From Candidatus Latescibacterota bacterium (GTDB lineage Bacteria > Latescibacterota > UBA2968 > GCA-2709665): a stretch of DNA of 64,000 bases. The notes beneath the pieces are model-generated. The model searched no databases and was not told the origin of the DNA. It saw nothing but the letters and a program-made list of their open reading frames with translations. Each line of letters opens with the position of its first letter. The stretch's first letter is position 1. The position numbers and the translations under genes were made by a program. Positions 58,012 through 64,000 of this stretch are shown here, in pieces. The stretch covers positions 2,016,001 through 2,080,000 of the forward strand of contig OZ244744.1 of the NCBI GenBank assembly GCA_965219455.1. The letters run 5' to 3'.

Positions 58012-59013
58012 TTACAGATGGACCGCCTGTTTTGTCCGCGCGGACTCTACGATGGCCAGGCCCACGCGCAGGGCATTGCGCGCTTCCTGCAATGTGCCGT
58101 GCTCGGGATTCCGATGTTCGATGACGCAGTCCGCGAAGTGCGTGAGTTCCTGCTCCAATGCCCCGACGATTCTGCCGTGAAGTTCAGGCGCAAGATAAAG
58201 ATCCGGGCTGGACGTTGCTTCGCCGGTCCATATCCATGAGGCGTCGTTGGGTTCCACGATGTGAGCCGTCCCGTCCGTGCCGACCACTTCGAGGCCTGCG
58301 TCGGACCAGTAGAGCCGGCGGTCGGGCATGAAAAAACTCTGTTCGATGACGCCGACGAGACCGCTTTGGAAAGTGAGCATGGCCCACCACGTATCGGGAC
58401 GGTCCGGTTGGGCCATGCTGCGCGTTCTGGCATAGACTTCCCGGACTTCCTCGCCGGCCATCCAGAGCAACTGGTCAATGGTATGAATGCCAGGCTGCAG
58501 GACGAGGGGATAGGGTTTGAAACGCGGCGCATCCAGGATACCGCGCCAGATGTTTCGGCGGCCGTAGATGGAGACCAGTTCTCCCAGTTCGCCCGCGTCG
58601 ATTTTCTGTTTAATGTTCCCGCGCCGGACGTCGAAACGTTCGAGGAATCCGACCATGAAAACGGCGCCGCTCTTATCCGCCTCGTCGATGAGCCGGTCGT
58701 TTTCATCCGGACTGTCGGTCAGCAGGATCTCGCTGAAGACGTGTTTGCCCCGTTGAAGCGCGGCGAGGGCGATTTCGGTGTGCCGGTCCACCTCGGTGAC
58801 GATGTCGATGGCTTCCACGTCGGGATCGCGCACCAGGTCTCTATAGTCCGTATAGTGCCTGGGTACGTTGTATGTCGAGGCGACATTTCCGGCGCGTTCA
58901 GCCGATCGGGAGCAGACCGCCGTGAGTTCGACATGAGGAAGTTGGGCAAGGACACGGGCGTGCTGGACGCCGAAACGTCCCAGACCGATGACGCCGATTT
59001 TTGTACGGTTCAT
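58012..59013 (-). CDS. Gfo/Idh/MocA family oxidoreductase
   Basis: IGVIGLGRFG..H, GKHVFSE, MVGF..RF, IHTID. Confidence 0.88.
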   Translation of the reverse strand: MNRTKIGVIGLGRFGVQHARVLAQLPHVELTAVCSRSAERAGNVASTYNVPRHYTDYRDLVRDPDVEAIDIVTEVDRHTEIALAALQRGKHVFSEILLTDSPDENDRLIDEADKSGAVFMVGFLERFDVRRGNIKQKIDAGELGELVSIYGRRNIWRGILDAPRFKPYPLVLQPGIHTIDQLLWMAGEEVREVYARTRSMAQPDRPDTWWAMLTFQSGLVGVIEQSFFMPDRRLYWSDAGLEVVGTDGTAHIVEPNDASWIWTGEATSSPDLYLAPELHGRIVGALEQELTHFADCVIEHRNPEHGTLQEARNALRVGLAIVESARTKQAVHL

Positions 59014-60011
59014 GACGCGTTCAGGTTGACAACAACCCTGCCCTTCTGCTGGCCTTTCAGCATTCGCTGAATTTCCGGTTCGAGGGTTTCAAGCGTACAC
59101 TCCGTAACCAGGTCGTCCGACGTTTCGATCTTCCAGGGTCCCGCGATTTTTTTCCAGATATCCTTTCTTTCCGGCATAGGGCACTCGGCGGAGTCGATCC
59201 CTTGCAGGCTGACGCCCCGCAGGATGAACGGGTAGACGCTGGTTTTCAGATCCGCGGAAGCGACGAGGCCACAGCACGCGACCATGCCCCGGCGCCGCGT
59301 GGACTTGAGGGCGGTTGCCAGAATATTGCCTCCCACGGTATCCACGACGCCCGCCCAGCGTTCCGCCAGAAGCGGACGTCCGCCGGCATCGTCGACGTCG
59401 TTTCGATCCACAACCGCGGTTGCGCCGAGGTCGAACAGGAATTGGGCCTCGTGAGTCTTACCCGTGGCGGCGGCCACCATGTACCCCAGCCGGGCGAGGA
59501 TGGCGACGGCGAGGCTGCCGACGCCCCCCGTGGCGCCGGTGACGAGAATCTCGCCTGAGTCGGGGGCGACGCCATGGCCTTCCAGTCTTTGCACCGACAT
59601 GGCAGCGGTGAATCCGGCCGTACCGTAGACCATGGACTCACGCAAGGTGAGACCGTTTGGCAGCGGGACGATCCACCCGGCAGGTACGCGGATATATTGG
59701 CCGAAACCGCCGGGTGTGTTTACACCCAGGTCGTAGCTTGTGGCAATGACTTCATCGCCCGGTCGGAAGCGCCCATCCGTGCTTTCCTCGACAACGCCCG
59801 CGGCGTCGATGCCGGGCGTATGCGGGTAGCGCCTGGTGACGCCGCGATGGCCGGTGGCTGACAGCGCGTCCTTGTAGTTCAGAGACGAGTAGTGCACCCG
59901 GATCAGGACGTCGCCCGCCGGCAGTTCATCGATGGACCGGTGCTCCACCTTGCGGATATAGTCGTTGTTCTCCTGGCTCACGACCAGGCATTTAAGGCTT
60001 CGGTCGGTCAT
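59010..60011 (-). CDS. YhdH/YhfP (AcuI-like) quinone/acryloyl-CoA oxidoreductase
   Basis: YSSLNYKDAL, PGIDAAG, GTAGFTAA, VTGATGGVGS, VDTVGG, PFILRGV.L.GIDS. Confidence 0.93.
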   Translation of the reverse strand: MTDRSLKCLVVSQENNDYIRKVEHRSIDELPAGDVLIRVHYSSLNYKDALSATGHRGVTRRYPHTPGIDAAGVVEESTDGRFRPGDEVIATSYDLGVNTPGGFGQYIRVPAGWIVPLPNGLTLRESMVYGTAGFTAAMSVQRLEGHGVAPDSGEILVTGATGGVGSLAVAILARLGYMVAAATGKTHEAQFLFDLGATAVVDRNDVDDAGGRPLLAERWAGVVDTVGGNILATALKSTRRRGMVACCGLVASADLKTSVYPFILRGVSLQGIDSAECPMPERKDIWKKIAGPWKIETSDDLVTECTLETLEPEIQRMLKGQQKGRVVVNLNAS

Positions 60012-60083
60012 ACCCCTTTCCGTGTCTTTCCACGCCGGATGCGGATTCCTTGTCCGTTGCGCCGCCGGGGCGCGCCCGGTCGT

Positions 60084-61223
60084 TCAGGAGAAGAATCGTG
60101 TGATCCGATAGGCGTCAAGTTCAATTGGAAGATCCCTGCCTATGATGAGGTCGGCGATAAGTTTGCCGCTATACGGGCCCAGTTGCAGGCCGGTGGGCCC
60201 ATGCCCGGTTGCCAGGTAGACGTTTCTCTTTCCGGGAACGGGGCCGAGCACGGGCAACAGATCCTGCGTATACGGACGCAGGCCGACTCGAATTTCACGG
60301 ATTTCGGCTGTAGCCAGGCCGGGCGCCACCCGCAGCGCCTCGGCGAGCACTTCCCTCACCCCGGCGGCCGTGGCGCGGGCGTCGAAACCGGATCCGGTTT
60401 CCCGCGTGGCGCCCACGACCACCCGGTTGTCCGGCCAGGGCACCATGTAGTGGCCTCGAACGGCACTGACGATTGTCCACGACGACGTATCCGCGACAGC
60501 AGGCAGACCCAGGTGGATGATCTGACCACGCTGGGGTTCTACCGGGATCTGTACCCCCAGTTGAAGGCCGAACGCGTGCGACCAGGCGCCGCCCGCGATG
60601 ACCACACCGGCTGCCGAAATGCTCCCTGCATCCGTGAGGACACCGGTGACCGTGTCGTTGTCCATGCGCAAGCCTTCAACACCCGCCTGTTGGATGGTCA
60701 GCCCACGGGCCTCCGCTGCCCGGCGCAGGGCGCCCGTCAGGAGGCGGCCGTCGACGCGGGCGGCCTCGCGATAGTAGATGGCCCCCTGGACGTCGGCCAG
60801 GGCCGGAAACCGGCTGCGGGCTTCTTCGGACGATATTTCGTAGAGATCCTCCGCGGGGGGTTCCCCGCGGCGACTCCGGCGGTTGAAAATGCGGCGGCGC
60901 GAAATGTCAAAGGGCTCCAGTTCGTCGTCTGACACGGCAACGATCATCATGCCGCAGACGGCGAAACCGGTTTCTCCCGCCTGTTCGGCTGTCAGATTCT
61001 CGATCAGTCCGGGATAGTAATCAACGGCAAGAGAGGCCAGGCGCTGCCATAGGTCCGGATCCCGTGTATTGGTGGCCGGAGACAGAATGCCCGCGCCGGC
61101 ATCCGTGGCGCGACCCCTGTCCATACGGTCGACAAGCAGGGTTCGTGCGCCTGCGCAGACGAGATGGTAGGCGGTGGACATCCCCACAATCCCCCCACCG
61201 ATGACAATGGCGTCATAGCTCAT
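60084..61223 (-). CDS. FAD-dependent oxidoreductase (DAO/glycine oxidase family)
   Basis: IGGGIVG, ATDAGAGI, AGGAW, PQRGQ, GLRP, TGHGPTGLQLGP. Confidence 0.92.
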   Translation of the reverse strand: MSYDAIVIGGGIVGMSTAYHLVCAGARTLLVDRMDRGRATDAGAGILSPATNTRDPDLWQRLASLAVDYYPGLIENLTAEQAGETGFAVCGMMIVAVSDDELEPFDISRRRIFNRRSRRGEPPAEDLYEISSEEARSRFPALADVQGAIYYREAARVDGRLLTGALRRAAEARGLTIQQAGVEGLRMDNDTVTGVLTDAGSISAAGVVIAGGAWSHAFGLQLGVQIPVEPQRGQIIHLGLPAVADTSSWTIVSAVRGHYMVPWPDNRVVVGATRETGSGFDARATAAGVREVLAEALRVAPGLATAEIREIRVGLRPYTQDLLPVLGPVPGKRNVYLATGHGPTGLQLGPYSGKLIADLIIGRDLPIELDAYRITRFFS

Positions 61224-61445
61224 CTTGAACCCTGTGTTTATCGAAAACCCGCATACGAAACGTCCGAAGAAAACGCGCCGGCCGAAACGCTCGAGACACC
61301 GGGGCGGTTGTTTCCCGCCGCCGTTCCCGGAGGGGCTGCAAATGCACCGGTGCCGTTCAGAACGGCCGGTCGCCCCTGATGGTGATCCGGTGCATCGTGC
61401 GCCGGTGGCCGGGTTCGCTGAGCTAAATTATCCGCGAAAAAAAAA

Positions 61446-62222
61446 CTAATCCGACATCCCGTCGATTGCGCTCACCTCGTCTTCGGACAGGGTCCAATTG
61501 AAAACATCCAGGTTGGCGCACAGATGCTGTTCCGTGCTGGCTTTCGGAATGACGTTCATGCCCTTCCGGAGCAGCCACTTGAGCGCGACGTGCGCGGACG
61601 TCTTGTCGTGGCTGCGGGCGATATTCGTCAGTACGGGGTCCTGAAGGATATTCTTCTTGCCCAGTGGCGAGTAAGCCGTTACGGCCACGTTGTGTTCCAG
61701 GCACCAATCCAGCACGTCCCGCTGTTCATAGCCCGGATGGTATTTGATCTGGTTGACGCTGATCGGTGCTCCCGAAATGGAGCAGGCCTTTTTCATTTGC
61801 TCGACGGAGAAGTTGCTGACGCCGATGCTTCTGGCCTTGCCCGCGTCGATGATCGCGTTGAAGGCGCCGATTGGTTCTTCCATGGGCACGTCATCCGGCG
61901 GCCAGTGTACCAGCAGCAGGTCCACGTAATCCATCTGGAGATACTGCAGATTCTCATCCGCCTGTTTGATCGCAACGTCATACTTCAGGTAGTCCTGGCC
62001 GACCTTGGTCGTGATGAACAGCTTTGAACGGTCCACGCCGGACTCGCGGAGCGCTTCGCCGATCTCCCGTTGATTCCCGTAGATCCAGGCCGTATCGAAG
62101 TGGGTGTAGCCGAGCTCGAGTGCCTGTTTGATTACCTGCTTACACGGTTCGTCTTTCAGCGGATAGGTGCCGAGGCCCACAACCGGCAACGTGTGACCGG
62201 AAAGCAGGGTCAAGGATTCCAT
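61446..62222 (-). CDS. Aldo/keto reductase (DkgB-like)
   Basis: GLGTY, FDTAWIYGN, ITTKV, LLLVHWP, IGVSNF, AYSPL, IPKA. Confidence 0.93.
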   Translation of the reverse strand: MESLTLLSGHTLPVVGLGTYPLKDEPCKQVIKQALELGYTHFDTAWIYGNQREIGEALRESGVDRSKLFITTKVGQDYLKYDVAIKQADENLQYLQMDYVDLLLVHWPPDDVPMEEPIGAFNAIIDAGKARSIGVSNFSVEQMKKACSISGAPISVNQIKYHPGYEQRDVLDWCLEHNVAVTAYSPLGKKNILQDPVLTNIARSHDKTSAHVALKWLLRKGMNVIPKASTEQHLCANLDVFNWTLSEDEVSAIDGMSD

Positions 62223-62379
62223 CGTCTACTCCCTGGTGTCGAAGTGGCGAAGCGTTATCATCTCACGCACAAAATACAAGGCTGCCAGGCGCGAATAACT
62301 GGTGGCTGCGGCCCGTAAATTACGAAGAAAAACGTATGGACGGCAAGTTGTAACGGAGCCGGGGGCAACGGACAGGACT

Positions 62380-63156
62380 TCAGGGAGGTGTGATGATATT
62401 AGGGCGGTTGTAAGTATCGGGTTCTTCACGGAGCGTGTAACCCAGGTCTTCCAGCCGGTATCGGGGGCGGTAACCGAGGAGCTTCTCCGCCCTGGAAAGG
62501 TCCCAGCGGCGCCTGCTGCTTTCACCAACGAGGGTAATTATCTCGTAGCCGATGTCGGGAGCCTCGAGTGCGAGTTTGTAGGCCTGTATCAGGTCTGGAA
62601 AGGCGAGCCACTGGGGCAGAATGGGTGCATTCCTGAATTCCGGGTCGTCAATATCGAAAGGTTTGGGGATGCGCAGACAGAGTGCGGAGATGCCGTGCAT
62701 TTCCGCGTAGTACTCAGCGATGTTTTCGCCCAGGTATTTCGTGAGGGCGTAGGTTCCTACCGGCTTCGCCGGTGCGTCGCCGTCGACCCACTGCGGCGGG
62801 GGATAGCCCCATACGACGGTAAGGCTGCTGGTGTAGATCACCCGCTTGAGCCGGTGGCGCCGGGCGGCTTCGAAGAGGTTGTAGGTGCCTTTAACGTTGA
62901 TATCCATCCGCTGGCTGTTGAAGGCGTCCTCTTCGTAGTCGCCCTCCCTGCCGGTGGCGATGGCCAGGTGGATGGCCATGTCCATCCCTTCCGCGGCATC
63001 GCAGACCTGCTCGATATCCGTAACGTCCACCTGACGCCAGCGGGAATCGCCCGGGAAAGCGCGCCGGCTCAACAGCCGAAGTTCGTGTTCGCCCTCGAGC
63101 GCGGGTACCAGCTTGCTGCCAATGACGCCCGTAGCGCCGGTGATGAGGATTCTCAT
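62380..63156 (-). CDS. NAD-dependent epimerase/dehydratase (uronate dehydrogenase-like)
   Basis: LITGATGVIG, IHLA, YTSS, YALTK, LLGYRP. Confidence 0.9.
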   Translation of the reverse strand: MRILITGATGVIGSKLVPALEGEHELRLLSRRAFPGDSRWRQVDVTDIEQVCDAAEGMDMAIHLAIATGREGDYEEDAFNSQRMDINVKGTYNLFEAARRHRLKRVIYTSSLTVVWGYPPPQWVDGDAPAKPVGTYALTKYLGENIAEYYAEMHGISALCLRIPKPFDIDDPEFRNAPILPQWLAFPDLIQAYKLALEAPDIGYEIITLVGESSRRRWDLSRAEKLLGYRPRYRLEDLGYTLREEPDTYNRPNIITPP

Positions 63157-64000
63157 GGGTGGATCGGGTTGAATTCCAGGCCGGCGAACACCGGTTTGGG
63201 TGTGATGATCAGTTCCGGTATTCGGGCGTGATGCGTGTTCTTCATCATTACCCTTACCGCGTAGAAACCAAATTTCTCGCTTAAGGATATGATTTCCGGC
63301 GCCTTGTCGTAGGTCATCAGGAATTCCGCACCACTTTCAGCAAGCAATTCGAACAGCTTCGGATGATCAACCTCGTTGTGGGCATAGAGCCGCCTACCCG
63401 CGCGCTTGCCTCCTGCAGTGTACGGCGGGTCCACAAAAACCACAGTGGCGCCATTCGTCACCTTACCACAACCGCGATTGGCAACGAACTCTTCTAGTAA
63501 GCGCATTCCGTCTGTTTCCCGAAATTCAACGCGGTCGGTGTGATCCGCAATTGTCCACAAGCGGTTGACGATTGTTTCCGGATACCATCGGGACGCCACG
63601 CCCTTGCCGTTTTCTCCCGCGCGGGAAAGTGACGCACCGGGAGCGAGTATGCCGCCCCGGCGCGTTCGGTTCAACACGAGAGTACGAAAACCATGTTCCA
63701 GCAGGTTTTGAGGGCGTTTACTCGCAAGCGCGTTTACAGCTTCCCGTGTCGGCTTGAAACGCATTACGTTAGCGCAAAGCTCGGGACCGTATTTCAACGC
63801 CGCGTGCCAAAAAGCAGCCACATCCTGGTCGAGTTCCGCCATGAGGCACCTGTCCACAAGCCCTTCCATTACAGCAGTAAGCGAAACGGTCCCACCCCCC
63901 GCGAACGGTTCGATGAGCAACCGCGGCATCGGCTTGATCCCCCGAAGCCATACACGAATATGTGGGATCAGCCAGGTTTTTCCGCCTGGGTATCGAAGAG
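63153..64000 (-). CDS. Dam-family (D12) DNA adenine methyltransferase, start beyond window
   Basis: Frame stays open to the edge: LRYPGGKTWL, EPFAGGG, LNR, DPPY. Confidence 0.92.
   Translation of the reverse strand, partial: LRYPGGKTWLIPHIRVWLRGIKPMPRLLIEPFAGGGTVSLTAVMEGLVDRCLMAELDQDVAAFWHAALKYGPELCANVMRFKPTREAVNALASKRPQNLLEHGFRTLVLNRTRRGGILAPGASLSRAGENGKGVASRWYPETIVNRLWTIADHTDRVEFRETDGMRLLEEFVANRGCGKVTNGATVVFVDPPYTAGGKRAGRRLYAHNEVDHPKLFELLAESGAEFLMTYDKAPEIISLSEKFGFYAVRVMMKNTHHARIPELIITPKPVFAGLEFNPIHP

Overview
GC-rich bacterial chromosomal window of about 60 genes. The gene content (many Gfo/Idh/MocA, PhyH, amidohydrolase, AKR and ceramidase-like genes) suggests a heterotroph from a poorly characterised lineage; taxonomy cannot be fixed from sequence alone. 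(1) 1-27.3 kb, + strand: catabolic and modifying enzymes, a complete IS1380-family element, and a receiver-domain/glutamate-dehydrogenase fusion followed by a membrane hybrid kinase with an HPt domain. A 160-bp MITE-like element separates those two genes. (2) 27.3-47.9 kb, + strand: a more AT-rich accessory tract of short co-oriented genes with eight intact or broken toxin-antitoxin modules, REP-type repeats and a RAYT relic. It also holds three copies of a ~140-190 bp repeat that looks like a tyrosine-integrase 3' tail plus terminator plus att-like site. (3) 47.9-64 kb, - strand: metabolic genes including nadE, ending in a Dam-like methyltransferase cut by the window edge. No rRNA, tRNA or CRISPR array was seen. 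The best candidates for undescribed systems are the phosphorelay-controlled glutamate dehydrogenase and the integrase-tail/att repeat with its cassette-like array. All calls come from motif recognition by eye, with no database searches.
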